DNA of 64,000 nucleotides from Rhizaria sp. SCN 62-66 (Eukaryota): NCBI GenBank assembly GCA_001724265.1, contig MEDY01000037.1, positions 1 to 64,000 of the forward strand, read 5' to 3'. Shown piece by piece: positions 22,101 to 36,113 of this stretch (position 1 is its first letter; each line of letters starts with the position of its first letter). The notes under the pieces were generated by a model. It saw only the letters and a program-made list of their open reading frames with translations, ran no database searches and was not told where the DNA came from. The position numbers and the translations under genes were made by a program.

Positions 22101-25100
22101 TGCGGACGATGAGATCGAAGCGGGTTCGCGCTCCGTGCTTGGCGTGGCCAACGGCTCCGCTGCGGCTGACTCAAGCGGCATGCTTAGCGGGCTTGTTGTC
22201 GGTGTTTCGCTGCGCCGTCTTCAGATTTACAGCGCTGACGCGACGCCGATGTTTGCGAGCTTCACGCATGTCGGCGACTTTGGCAGCGCTGCCTTCTCCC
22301 GAGGTGAGTTTGAGACCGACATCTGTGACAAAGAGTGTGCTGCGCTGCTTCGCTCCGCGCAGCAGATGCACTGGGCGCTGCACCATGGTTTCACCCCACG
22401 ACATGATATTTCCCCCATTGCTCTTTCTTCAACAGTGTCTAAGTCGGATCGGACGTTTATCCCCTCTGAGGCGCACGAGCGCACACGGTCGAACGTGCAG
22501 CGTAGTGCGTTTAATTGGCGTCAGGTTGAGGTCGAGCAAGCGCGCGGTAAGATGCTCGACGAGGCTGAGCGCGTATTTGACGTGCCTTTGGGCGACCTAG
22601 TGCCGCGCCCACAGCGATCAGCCGTGCTGGCGCTATTTCCGCCAGTGATTCCGCTGCATCAATACCCCTACGTGTTTCCCGTCATTGACTACCACGGCGC
22701 AGAGAGCGCCCAGACTGCAGAGGTTGCTCAGCGAAGCAAGCTTGCACGCGTCGCAGCGCAGGGAGCCGTTGCCAACTTTGCACAGGCGCAGGCACTCGCG
22801 CGGGCCCAAGAGCTGGAGCAGGCCCAGAAGCAAGTACAAGAGCAAGATCAAGCTAAGACGCCAGCAGCAGTTGATTCGACCGACAATGGTGCACAGACAA
22901 CCCCGCCGCGCAACGAGCGTTCGTTCTTTGGCAGCAACGCAAACGGAGGCGTTCCGTTGTCGGGCCCGTTGCCGCCCTGGCTTCGCAGCGAGCCCTGCAA
23001 CGGCCTGACAGTGAGCGAGCAGGACCGCGTGCTGAGCGCGTTCCGCCGCGGCGAGGTGAACCTGATTGTGACCACATCGGTGGCCGAAGAGGGCATTGAT
23101 ATCACTGAGTGCGACTTCGTCATGATGCTCGACGGCGTGCGTTCTACTCAGCAGTACGTACAACGTCGTGGTCGCGCCCGCGCCAACGGTGCTAAGATTT
23201 ATCTTTTTCACCCCGACGACGCTGACAATGCGCGCGCCGCCGCTATTGAGGCTGCCACACGTGATAAATTTGTTGCTGCGGCCGCGGATACCGCAGTCGC
23301 CGCCAACGCCACCGCACCCGTCGTGGCAGCTGTGCGAGAAATTGCTGCCGCGGTCGCCACCAGCCCTGATGAACTCCCCCCGCGCCAGCTCGAGGTCTAT
23401 CCTGGTCACTCTTGGACCTGGCGCTCAGCGACAGGGCCGGCGGCGAGTCACAGAGCGCCTCATAGCTACGACGCAGCGAAAGCGGACGTGGCCATCAGCG
23501 ATCTGTGGGCGCGTGAAGGCAAGGCGGGTATCTTGCGCGAGCTGCAGACCCTGCACCGCAACATGCAACGCATGCTTGCAGCCGTTGGCGGGCTGGGTGG
23601 ATTTGTCATCACTGACAACGTGGACAACAGCACTGACACTGGTCGCGTTGCACACCAACAGCTCGAGGAGGAAGAGGAGGAGGATGACGAGACCACGCTA
23701 GTCAACTATGACGGCTTTGGGCTTGATGCCGAGAACTTGCCCGCTCAGCGCGCGCAAGGCGGTGCGAGAGAGAAAAAGCTTGCGTTCCGCGACATCTACG
23801 CAGTGACGTACATCAAGCTGCCGACCGTGGCAACGGAGCTTACTGCCATCGAACAAATCATCGCCACACCCACGCAAGCTGTTCAGAGCGGCCGCAGGCG
23901 GAGGCGCCGCGACGGCGGCAAGCTCGCTGCGAGCGTGGAATCCCCGCCCGCGGAACCGCATATCGCGGTGTTTGTACGGCATTCTGTGAACGACTTGACT
24001 GGCCGCTTCCCAGCATATGCCGTCGTGGACTCGACGACGGGCGCACGTGTTGTGTCAAACAACGCATACGGACTGCTGAGTAACTTTGTGCAGAGCATTG
24101 CGATGGTGCAGCGAGATCTCTTTGCGCCACCCCCCATCTCTTTGCTGCGGCCTCCGCCAGCGCCGACGGGATTGGCAATCGCAACGCTGAAGGAGATCTA
24201 TCAGGCGCCGCTGCCGCCAGCCGTGCCCGGTGCTGAAACAGAATGGTGTGACCAGTTGGCGAAAAAGGAGCCCAACAAGCCGTGTCGCTGCGTGATTATT
24301 TTCGACGGCGTACCAGTTCTTAATCGGATCACGATTCCAAGCGGTCTTAAGGATACACGCAAGGAGGCGCGCGCTCACGCGGCGTTCCTCATGGTGTGCA
24401 GGCTGCGCTGCTTGGGTATGCTCACCGGCCGCTTTGAGCCTTCGTGGGCACCTTCTGGCGGGATTGCGTCTGCCTCTCGGGTTGCTGGGTCGCCGCGTTT
24501 CGGGAACTCTGTGCTTGACGCTTATGTCGCAATCGCTCGCAACAACAGCGCTGTGCTGGAGCAGCTGCGGAGTGTGGCGCGTGCGCCAGATGAGGACGAG
24601 GACGGCGACGATGAGGCGGCCGATGACCGCCGCAACGGACTCATCAGCTCATTGCGTGGTAAACTTGGCCTTCCTAGTACCATCGATCGCGCCACTGTTG
24701 CACTTGCGGAGAGCTCGCCAGAGGCCACCGAAGCTGAGGACGATGCTCCTGTGGCGGCGCCTGCACATGCACCCGCTAAGGTGCCGAAGGCGCCTGCCCC
24801 CCCGCCGGAGCCCATTGTTGTTGACGAGGGCCCCGTGATCAAGCTGCAACCTGTGAAGCTTGCCGTAAAGCTGCGCCAAGCCTTCTCGGTGGTTAAGTCG
24901 TCCACTGCACTGCCTTTGGTCACGGTTACCAACGAAGACGAGGACGACGATGTCACGGACGCTGTCGCCAGTGCACGCCGCCGTCACTCACGCCTCAACG
25001 CTCGCGACCCCTGTACGGCTGCTGCGGCGTTGCTACGACGCCTCGCACGTGGCCGCACGTGGTCGGGCGCGGAACCTGTGGCGACAGCACTGCTGACGAG

Positions 25101-28100
25101 CGTCGCGAGCGACATTTGTGCGGGACGTGCTGAAGTTGCGTGGATGAGGCTTACCGAGCTGCTCAAAAGTCACAACATGCCGCCGCTCACAGCCAGTAAG
25201 ATTGATCTTGCGGTGTGCGAGAAACTTACCGTGTCTGCTGCAGCGTGCGTTGGGAGTCTGGTTCAATCTACCGCGGAGGTATCTCTTTGCACCTTGCTTG
25301 TCGCCATTACGCGCGCGCTCGTCCCCGCGTTTGCCGCGAACGGCGATACCGCCGCTACAAGCGCAGTCATTGCTGCTGCTGTCTTGGTCGACTGTGCGGC
25401 TCCCACGCTGCTGCGCGTGCGGCTGCGCATCATGTTAGCTTCGCTTGCTCTCTGGGAGTCACGTGATATTGACCAGACTGTTGACATTCCGAACTCGATC
25501 ACCGTTTTCGCTCCGTGCAGGGATGCTCCGACGCTTCCGCGCTCAGCTTCAACGACTGCGCGCGCTGCAAGCGCTATGTCTCTCTCGCCGAACGCGATCG
25601 CCGTGCTTGTTTTCGCGACACAGCCCCCCGTTGGTTATATCGCCACAGCCACACACGATGTGAGCGAGTGGGCTGCCGTAGCCGCTGCCGCTGCCCGTGA
25701 CGCGTTCGCACTCATGGCTGTTAGCCTTGATTCGGACTCGGCTGTGGCCGCGGACGCTGCGGCGCCGGACGCGATGACTGACGAAATCTTGTGCGATAGT
25801 ATTACTCGCGCTCGCGCGCGTCGCGCTGCGGCTTCGTCGCCTCTGGCTGACGTACAAGCTATGGTGGATGTATCGCCCGCACACACAGAAGGAGCAATCG
25901 CTGCTGAGTCGCACCACCCTGTGCGCTGCGACGTTGACGTTATTTTGCCTGCTGCTGCTGCTGCATCTTTGTCTGCGCCAGCAATCGCACATGCTTATGA
26001 TTTACCGCAACCTTTTGGGACTATTCCTTTCGGGGCTTCCGCGATTGCTGAGCCAGTGGCTATTTCAGCTGAGCCGGTGCAGCCGCCTGCAGTGGCGTTA
26101 GATCCAGCTGTTGCACCATTTGCATCTGCGACTCCGTTTGGACTCCCAGCCTCACAACCTTTTGGCCAGTCTTTTTTCCCGGATTTTTCATCGCGAGCTC
26201 GCGCTGCACTCGCGCGGGTCGCTCCCAGCGCGCCCACGCTTCCACTCTCGCTTCCGCATCGTGCAGCACCTGCGGCCGCCTCGCCTGCCATGAGCAGTGT
26301 GGCTCACAATGCGGAGCTTTTCTGGCATCACGTCCGTCTGCAACCGCCTGCGCCTGCTGCTGCTGACTCGGTTGCACTTCCCGCGTGTCCGTTCAAGCGC
26401 GCGCCCTCAGCTTACGCAATGGCTGCAGTCCCGTCAACGGCGCCCGCTCTCAGTGCGTTGGATGAGCTGGAGCTGGGTGATCTGCGTTTCCGCCGCTGGG
26501 CGCGTGTGCACGCACGGCGCGAACGGCTTACTGAGCGTCCGACTGCGCCGCACTGGGTGCGTGAGCGCCGCCGCGTCGCAGTGGGCCTGTCGCGCACAGA
26601 TTCGCCTGATTCCGTATCTGTGCGCGCCGCCGTACTCGCACTACTTGTAGTGCCACCGTGCGCTCATCCTGAAACCGCCGTACCGATGTGCTCCGCTGCG
26701 ACTTCCTCTCAAGCGCAACACAGTGTCGGTGATGTTGTAGATGACGAAGGTATTGAAGATGTACCTGTTTTGTCTGCTCCGCAACTGCACATCGGCGCGC
26801 TGCCGTCTTTTGGAACGTATTTGTCATCGCTGCCTCCGACGCTAGCACCGACGCCACCTGAGCTTTTGAGCCTCAGTGCGCTGTCGCTGGGCCCAGCAAA
26901 GCTTGACCTCTCTCTTGATACGTTGTCACCCGGGCTGAACGAAGGACTACCCTTAGAGCCCTCAATGGGGCGTGTGCGTGAGGTGTCACCACCGCCAATC
27001 GGTGACCGCGCTTCGGCTGCTCGGCTGCGCGAGCGCTTGCATCCACGCATGCACGTCCCGCGCGAGCCCGCGTCTGACGCTGAGGAGCGTGAGGACTCGG
27101 ACAGCTACAGCGACGACGAGTATGAACGCGACTGCGCACTATACCTCCGCGGGATTGTGACCTCGATGGCGGCACCTCTTACAGACCTTGCAAAGGAGCT
27201 CAACAGACTTCCCGATGTCTTGCTCGGCGACATGAGCGAGGCCGCCCAAAATGGCGCTTGGATCGATGCATACGCTTCGAATCGTGCTAAATGGTTTCGG
27301 GAGCAACAAATTTCCTCCCCATCACAAGCAAGCGAGGTGAGCCCGAGGGATGACAACGCAGCTGATGCAGCAGAGGCTGATGCTGCTGAGGTCTCGAGTG
27401 CGAGCAGTGTCTACAGCGACAGTGACGCAGAGGAGGAGGCTGCAGAACCACATCCATCTGACGTCTTCCCCAGCATGAGTGCTGCGACTGGCCGCCGCTG
27501 GGCGCGCTTTGAGGCTGCAGCCGCTGACGCCAGTTTGTCCGATGACGCCACAGCGCTGGCAAGCGTGACGCCATGGCGTTCTCGTGTTCCGCATGTTTTC
27601 CGCGTCCCGGCGTCGCTCTTCTTTGCGACCCCATCACCCCTGTCCGCTGCTGACGGCGTCACCGACGTCGCGCCCCAGAGCGAGTGGCGCTGGCGGCAAC
27701 GCCGTGCACGTCGCCATGCACCGCTCGTACCCACGCTGCCTGCGCCTTTGGCGACTCTGCTGTGGCGCTTTGTGTGGCGTGTGATGCACCCACGAGAGCT
27801 GTTAACGGTCACTGACGCGGCTTGGGCGATGGCAGAGTCTATTTCCACGCCTAATACACGTGGCAACGCGTCAGCTTTGACCTCATACGTTGCCGCTTGC
27901 GCTGCGGCGACGCAGTCTGCAGCTGAAAATAGTCCAAACGTCGCGATGCTGCCAACAAATCTTGGATCGCTGCAGTCCTCTCACTTTGGGCGCCGCGCAG
28001 TTGGTTTGCGCGTGAAGAGCAATGACATGGCTATTGACGTTGCATGGGCCACGCCACCACCGCTGCCGCAACTGTTGCAGGCAACGCTACTCGCTCTGAC

Positions 28101-31100
28101 CGCCCTTGAGACACAGCTCATCAGCACTTCATTGAATGCATCCACTGTGCGCTCTGCATCCTCTTTACGTAGTACAGTCCCATCATCTTCGCTATCTTTA
28201 AGCTCAACAGGTCCCCGCTCAAAACACACATTTGGCGCGTCGGGCATCACCCAAGCAGTGTTTGAAAGCATTCGCCTTTCAATGTGGACACCTCCACCCC
28301 CCGCACCCATGACTGCCGCGTCTGCCCTTGACAGGCATGCGCAGCTGCGCTGTGCGCGTGGAGTGGTGATGACTGCCATGGCGCACCTGAAAGCGCAGGG
28401 CGTGATGTTCCCCGTCTCGCCTGCGCTTGCACTCTCCGCACCGGCCGCCGATGCTGCTGCTGCCGAGGCGCCAGCTGCTGATGAGCACCGGTGGCCTGTG
28501 TACGCGCTGACGTTGCTGACGACTTTCGAGCCCGAGCAGCCGCCGGAGCCCCTCGTGGGTGTCTTGCCCCCGTCCGCGCTCGCCACGCCACGCCCCACTG
28601 CTGCGGCGACTGCGACTGCCGCTGCTGCCGCTGCTGCCGCTGCCGCAGCGACTATCGGTGTCGAATTACCTCCCGATGCAGTCGTGCACATGCCCTTTGC
28701 GCTCGCACTGCCACGCTCCCTGCCGCCGGCTGTACTTGAGACTCCGCTCCGGTTAAGCGCGAACATCTATGTCATTGTTGCGCCCGCACCCGCGCCCGTT
28801 TGTGTAGCTGATTCTGCTGCGTCCGCCGTAACTGCGCGACCGCAGCAACTGTATCTGGATCTGCACCCTGCGCGCGCGCCACTGGCGCTGGACGCGGTCA
28901 GCCGCTATCACGCGCACTTGCTCTCTTACCCGCTCACAGCCACTGTCGGTTCGGCCCTGCAGCCGCTGTTGGAGGCGCGAGATGGCGCTGTCGCCACTGT
29001 TGTCTCAAGTGGTGCTGACGCCGACGCATCAGCTCTCGCGCGTGCTTCTGCGGACAGCGCAGCCGCGGAGCTTGCTTCAGCCTACGCACACGCAGGTCGT
29101 AGCGGCGCGCCTGCGCCTGGTCCCGTGCGCCCACGCGCCGCGGAGGCGTTGACGCACGCTCTCGCACAAAGCGTGCCTCTCTCATGGCAGTATGCGCAGC
29201 CTGCGCGCGTTGCCGACGAGCGCCGCGATGAGAGCGAGTCCGACGATGAGGACACGCCGGGACAGCAACTTACCAGAGAGGAGCTCGAGCTCTGGGACCA
29301 GCAACGGCAGCGCCGTCGCCAGCGTTGTGAGCGCGCCGAGGTCGCTGAAGCTGATGCCATTGCGGCTGCGGCTGCGTGCGCGGCGCTAACAGACCCCACG
29401 GCTGCTGTGAAGGCGTACTTCTTTGTGCCTCTTGAGATTCCTACCGCTGTTCCGCCCGTTGGTGTTTTTGCTAACGGCGAAGCGCCGACGATAGCCACAC
29501 TCACGGAGCATGCGCTTGCTCGACTGCCGCAGCTTACGCCGCCCCCGCGTGCGGTTGACTGGCCCGTGCTTTTGGACGCAGCACATGTGCCAGTTTACTC
29601 GCCGCTTGTTTCGGCCGTCGATCTTGCTGCGCAGACAGGCGATAAGCCCAGCGCGGCAGTGCTGTCTTTTAACGACAAGCTCTACTACTGTCCCGACGTC
29701 ACCGCTGCCGCGTGTCGCTGTGCGTGGGGCAATGGCTGCGCAGGCCACTGCTCTTCTTCCCGGCCGTCCCCTGCTCCCGCACCTGCGCCTGCGAGCGCGA
29801 TCAACACGCTTTTGCAGCTGCCACCCCTCTTGGCCTTTTGCCGGAGCGCCTCAACGCGCCCCGCTACTTCCACTCGCGGGAGTGGGCTGCACCGTGACTG
29901 TGACGCAGCGGACCTGAGCGCTGTGCACGAGGTGCTTCGGTGTCCAAACACAAGATCTGCCGCTGCAGATATTGCGCCGCGCATTGACCGCGCAAAGCTC
30001 TGTGCTAAACTTATTGCGCAGCACATTTCTATGCGGGCGAAACAGAATAAGCGCAACCGGGCCTCGACTGGCTCTGTTTCTGGTATTGCAGGGACTGCGC
30101 CAAAGCCACTGGCGTATAAGTATAAACGCTTTGACACAGATGACGGCTCGCTCCTTATCAGTGACCGTGGGCCGGTGTTGACGCCTCTATCGCTAACGCC
30201 TTGGCGCAAGCTGCTCGCGCTTACTGCACTGCCTGTCTCACCAGCGCGGCCTCTCCGCGAAGCTGTGGAGCAGGCTGTTAGGCTCGCGTCGCCCCTGCAC
30301 CCTGCGGCTGCGCTTGCGCCAGACGCAGGGTTTGTGCCTCTGAACGCGAACCAAGCCCCTCTAAGTGCCACGCCCCCGTGCTGCGCATGTTGCACTGACA
30401 AACAGCGCCGCATTGTGGCGTACCCGCTGCGACCGTCGTTCCGCGAGGCTATGCAACCACCGCCCTGGGCTGCGCCTGAGACACCTTTTGCAGCGGGCCC
30501 AGCTGCAACTGCGTTGGCGCCTCTCGCAGACAATCTTGCTCGTTCGGTGTCGAAGCTCACACTTATTCCGCCGCTCGATGTGATGCAGTCTGCCCTCGTG
30601 CCAGCTGCCTCGCGCGCTGCATGGGCTGCTTATGTTTCCCGTGCAGCCACCGCTGCATCTGCGACAGATGAGCGTGCGCGCCGACGTGCACAGTGGCTTT
30701 CTGAGACTGCGGCACAGTGGACCAGAAGCGCCACTTCATCTGTCTCGTTGCCGTACGCGTGGAAGCACACTCCGCTCATCGCGTCGCCGTATCTTGAGTC
30801 GTCGCTCACAACTCTTCCTGCTGACGCTGCAGAACTCAAGACGTACGTGCCTGCGTCAGTTTTGTTGCCGCCTAGCGACTGTTTGGCCGTTGCCTTGCGG
30901 CCAATGGATGCTTTCTTTGCACCATTCCTGCCATTTCTCGCCGATGAGCTCGAAGTTTCTGCTGGTGCTTGGGAACTGGGCGCCTCGCTTACACTGCCTG
31001 CGGCTCTTGGCCGCGCTGCACCGGCATCTGCCCCTGAAAGCGCGATGCGGGACGATGACGCTCCTGATGGTGATATTGCGAAAACTGATGACATTAGCAA

Positions 31101-34100
31101 CGATGCTTCTCACGCTGAAGAGCCGGAAGACGAGAGTGACATTGACTTGGTTCATACTCGTGTGGCTGGCATGGCAGTCGCGGACTCGCACCGCCCGCTT
31201 GTTGTTGCGCACCTGCTGGCCCGCGCACGTGCCGCTTCCCGCGTGGACCCGCTGTTGCGCGCCGCTGTACGCGGACCGGGCACACTCACACCGAGCGCCG
31301 TTGCAACTGCAGCGCTGCGGCACGTCTCGTGGGGCGCATGGCTGCGCTCACTCGAGGGCGAGACGGCGACAAGCGTGCCAGCAGTGGTCTCTCTGCACCG
31401 CCACCGCGTGCTCACTGCGTACCGCCTTCTCGACCGCACCACAGGAGCGCACGTGAGCGCGGCGCGATGCCGCGCTCTGCTACCCTCAGCCCCGTGGCTA
31501 TACTTGCCGCTGCTGCTGCACGCGCTGCGGCTCGACCGCGCCTCAGATGTTGCTGATGTTCGCGCGGGCCCACAGGCCGGTTCTGTCGCGACACTTAATG
31601 TTGTTCGTACACCGCTTTCACATGGATGCCTGCAGTCGCAGATGGCGTCAGCAGCAGTGCCTAACGTGCAGTCGTCTTCACTTAGCTCAGGCCAGGCCGC
31701 TGTGGTGTTGCGCTATCACAGCGAGAGCCATGGCTTTTTCCAACTCTCGAGTTCTAGCGAAGCTGGTGCCACCGCGATTACCGCAGCCGTCGCCTCGCTG
31801 CACAGTCACGGTACAGGCCCTGCGCTGCTGCCAGTTATTTACTCTCCTGGCGTGGGCGCGACAATGAGTGGCAATGAACGACTGGAGCTGCTTGGAGACT
31901 CTTTTTTCAAGTTCTTTACTGCCAGTGCCTTGACACATGCACCGACATTGTTTAGTAAGTCTGAGGGCAAACTCGCGATTAACAAGGACGAGATCGTGTC
32001 AAACCTTAATCTTGCGCGTGCAGCACGGCTGCCACTGCGAAGGATCTGTGACTCAATTGCTGCCACTGAAACACACACACGTCTCACAACGCCGCAGCGG
32101 CCTGTGGCGGCAGCGCAGTCAGATGCAGGTGTCCTCGTGCCAGATTTCAAGCCTGGATTTGTTCACGAGCGGTTTGCAGAAGGCTTTGCGGCCGCAGCTG
32201 GTGCTGTGGATGCATTTGCACCTGCTGTGACGGTGGCAGGATGCGCACGTTTTACTCGCTTTGAGCGCGTAATGCTGCGTCGCAGTGCTGCAATGCTCAT
32301 GCAACAGGCCAACGGCACGGCCATGCGCGCTACACAGCGCCGTCGCGCCGCTGCGCGTGCTGAGCTGACAATGGAGACCGCAATGCTGCAACGACTCCGA
32401 ACTTTTTTGCCTTCCACTTGCCCTCACCTTTCCTCAGTCGCTCTCCCTGAACCATGGATGCGGGCTCTGTGTCTGCCCGCTGTGCCCGCTGCTTTGTATC
32501 CTCCACTTCCAGTTACTGGGGCCAGAAATGCTGCCTTGGCGCTGCCGTCGCTGCTTGCGAGTAATCGCGGGTCTTATTGGCTGCCAGGAGCGATTCCTGC
32601 ACTCTCGCCTCTAGAGCTGGCGAAGCAACAACCGTTAGCCACAGTCTCGCGCCCGTATTCTACGGCAGCGCTGCTGCCTCCCGGTAATATGCGCAGGTCG
32701 TACGCGCGTCTCTCACGTGCACCGGGGCTCCCACCACTCCTCGCGACGTTTACGCCAGGTGGAGGCGGACGAGAGTTCCGAGCACGAGAGTTGGCTCGTC
32801 GTCGTGAGCTTGTATTCGCTGCGCTCACCGAGCTTGCGGTGGACGAGGGACGAGCCGTGCCGACTGAAGATGCTGTCGATACCACTCAAAGCGCAGACGA
32901 GCTCGCACGGGCTCTCAAGCGAGTTCCACCGCTGCCAGCGGCGGCAAAGCTGCTAGCAGGTCCCGGCGCTCTTGTGGACGAGGCTGAGCTGTTGGTTCAG
33001 CCGGGTAACGCAGGCGGCTGGGTACGGCTGCTGCAGCGCACGACGACTCTGGCGGCACCGCACCACGTTGTAGGCTTTGAGGCGCCTTCTGCGCCTGCTA
33101 AATATGCACGTATTGCTGTTGCGGAAGCCGGAACAGAGCAGCTCGCGAAGGATTCCGCCTCAATTGGCCACCTCACAGGTCTTACTCTGCCCGCAAATGC
33201 TCTCGCTCCTGCTGCAGCGCAAGTTCCCGCTCCTTCGGTGATGTCACCAGCGATGGTAGACGCGCTTTACGACCCTGAGGAGATGGATGTGGCATCCAGT
33301 GTAAAGGCTGCGCGTGTGCCGAAGTGTCTGCTCGATGAAGCCACCGTCGCACATGCGCGTGCGGTGACGACGAACCTCTTGGATCACGGATTGCACTCGA
33401 AACGCTTTGCGGACACTGTTGAGGCCGTTATTGGTGCCGCATTGCTCCATACACCGACACTGACGACTGCACCAGTTTGGTCTGCGCCATCGCGCGCGTT
33501 TAGGACGCTTCGATCGACCGATGTTAACTTGTGTGCAACACTTTTGTTGCTGCCTGCCTTTGGAGATCCACGGATGTGGGAAGAGGATTGGGGCTTCTGC
33601 GGTGATCGCGTGGACAACGCATGCGAAGTCAGGAGTGAGGCCGAGAGTGGTGATGCGGTTGCAATGTTGTCGCGGCTCCACGCAGTTGGTTCTGAATCTG
33701 ACGTTGATGTTGAGCGCGAGGGTGTTTCTTTAAAGCGTCTTCGGTCTCCGTCCGAGGGCAACATTTCAAACAACCTTTTTTCGCCCACACGCAACGTTTC
33801 CGCAGCTGATGACGAGGTTGAGCATATGTTGCAGGCTCCGGCAAAAAGCTTCGCCTCTGTCTTGACTGTGCCAAAGTTGTTACTGGCGCCTCAGAACGCA
33901 GCGTCCGCGCTTGCAACTAATGTGCTTGCTCGACTGCGAGTTATGCCTCACTCGCTGCTTGACTGTGCTGTCGACGCTGCACGCCCGCCCGCTGCCGCAG
34001 ACCTCGAATCTGCCATAGAGCGTGCGCTCGCGGCTGCTAGTGATGATGAGATAATCGCGACACTAGCTCCTTCCATCAGCTCGCGTTCGAGCGCCAGAGC

Positions 34101-36084
34101 CAGTTCGAGTGCGAAGAGTGACGATGCTGAGCGAATTCAGTCGGCACTTGACGCCTATATTGCATACGACGATTTTTCGTTCGCACAACGAGTTGTTGCT
34201 TCTTCGTTGCCACGCTGTCTATCTGGGAATGCTGAGGTCGTTGAGCTTGCTAATAAGGCATGCGATGTTCAACCTGTGCGCGGTGCGGTTGGTGCAGGTG
34301 CGTTTATGCTCGCTTCGTCACACTCCGACACACCTGACGAGGCGGTGGCGGCTCTTCAGCACGGTTTGTGCACATCGTTGCCTCACAGTTTGCCAGCGCT
34401 CGCGGCGTCGGTATCGTTGTTGCAGGCCGGTCATGATCCCGCGACAACTGCGGCCGTCGAGGCACTACTAGGCTATACGTTCCGTGACAAGGCTTTGCTT
34501 GTCGCTGCGCTTACTCATGCGTCTTGGTGGAGCTTAGGCCAGCGATCACAATTTGCACAACCTGAGGTTGCTTTGGAGGACGAGAGCTTCACTGATGAGA
34601 GCTCTAGTTTGAGCGTGGCACCGTTGACTGATCAGCAGAGGGAGCTTCTTACACGGCACCCAGTGTCACACGAGCGACTGGAGCTTCTAGGCGACTCAGT
34701 GCTCGATACTGTGGTCACGTCACATCTTTTCCGCCGCTGCCCGCATGTGTCGCCTGATGCCCTGCACTACTTGCGGCGTCAAATAGTGTGTAACTCCGTG
34801 CTTGCACGTGTTGCGGCCACTCTCGGACTCTTTAAAACATACCGATGCTTTAACGCTCGCTCCAGTGCAGACGCAAACGCACTAATGAATTCTATTGCAA
34901 CCGTTGCCAGCGATACAAACCAGCTGATCTGGACGACTTCTGCATCTCTTGTAGGTGCCGCGTTTGCGCCACTAACTGCGCCGGTGTGCTTTGCAGGACC
35001 GTTACAGATTTACTCGGCGATGTCATGGACGCCATCTACGACATCAAACGGGACCACGGCCAAATTACTGCTCGAGAAGAAGGGCTTTGCGGACATTTTT
35101 GTGTCAAAATCTGAAGACGAAGCCGCTGCCACGGTGCGTGTCCGCGCCGTGAAACAAGTTGATGAATCACTTCAGCGCGAGCTTACCGCTGCTCAGGCTG
35201 CTATTGAAACACTCGACTTTGGGCGCGCTGAAAAGGGCTTTTTTGTTTCTTCCGAACAGCAAGCGCGACGTGAGTTGTGCAACCGCAGGCTGCTCACCGT
35301 CGAGCATACCATCGAATCTTGGGCGGCCTCGACGAGCGCACAAGCCTTCCAACTTGCGGCGACGATGCGCGGTCACCGTGTGATGGCAACTAATGCAATT
35401 ACAGCTGTTGCGAATGTGCGTGCGAGCGCTGCGCGAGCTTTTTCTACAGTCCAGCGCGGAGTAACATCGTACGGACTGCAACTTCCCTCGACAGCTGCCG
35501 GTCCTCTGCTTGCTTCCGTAGCCGTCGTCGCATGTTTACCACCAGACTCTGAGGAGATATCGGGCTTTCAAACTGCACAGGACATTGCTTTGCACTCGTT
35601 GACGATGTCATCACCAGCATTGCTGCCATCGTTAGTGCCAACGTCTGCCGATGCTCGCGTTGCTGCACTTGCAGACCTGCGCTGGGGCTTTGCAGGCTCA
35701 CAATCCAGCTCGGCCCTGTGGACGAAAGTTGCGACGGCTGCGGCGAGGACCTCCGCTATCCCCACAGCGCCCAGCGCGGAATTAGAGAATACGCACCATC
35801 CCAAGATGCTGGCGGACTTGATTGAGGCGCTATTAGGGGCCGTGTTCCTCGACGCCGCTGCCGCCACGGCTGCCGCGCATGCAGACATGGTTGCTGGCGG
35901 CGCCGCAGAGGCCGCGCGTCCGTCGCCGCTTGACGTGTGCTGGGCCGTTGTGCAACAGCTACTTGAGCCTTGTCTCTCGCCTACACCTGCTGAGGTTGCC
36001 GCTGTTGGTGCAGTCCCACGTAGCATTGTTAACGCTGTGCTTAAGACTGTTTCGCACCAACAGCAGATGTACGACAAGCAGTAA
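19144..36084 (+). CDS. DCR: Dicer-like endoribonuclease (DExH helicase, DUF283-like, RNase IIIa, RNase IIIb); 5646 codons if the four in-frame TAGs are read through
   Basis: Helicase motifs in order in one frame: LRRYQLEL, YLETGEGKT, LVPQVALCRQQ, LLVLDEAH, VLGLTASP, GLVFV, TSVAEEGIDI, YVQRRGRAR. DUF283-like TGARV...KEARAHAAF. RNase III signatures NERLELLGDSF/KRFADTVEAVIGA and LGYTFRD..ALTHAS/HERLELLGDSVL/KMLADLIEALLGAVFLD. TAGs at 19813, 20215, 21307, 21883. Ends TAA. Confidence 0.9.
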
Positions 36085-36113
36085 ATAGTTTACAAAGACT
36101 TTTAATTATTTTT

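Noticed and set aside
18916..36084. Five separate genes, as in the ORF track
   Set aside because: All five share one frame and carry consecutive motifs of a single Dicer helicase.
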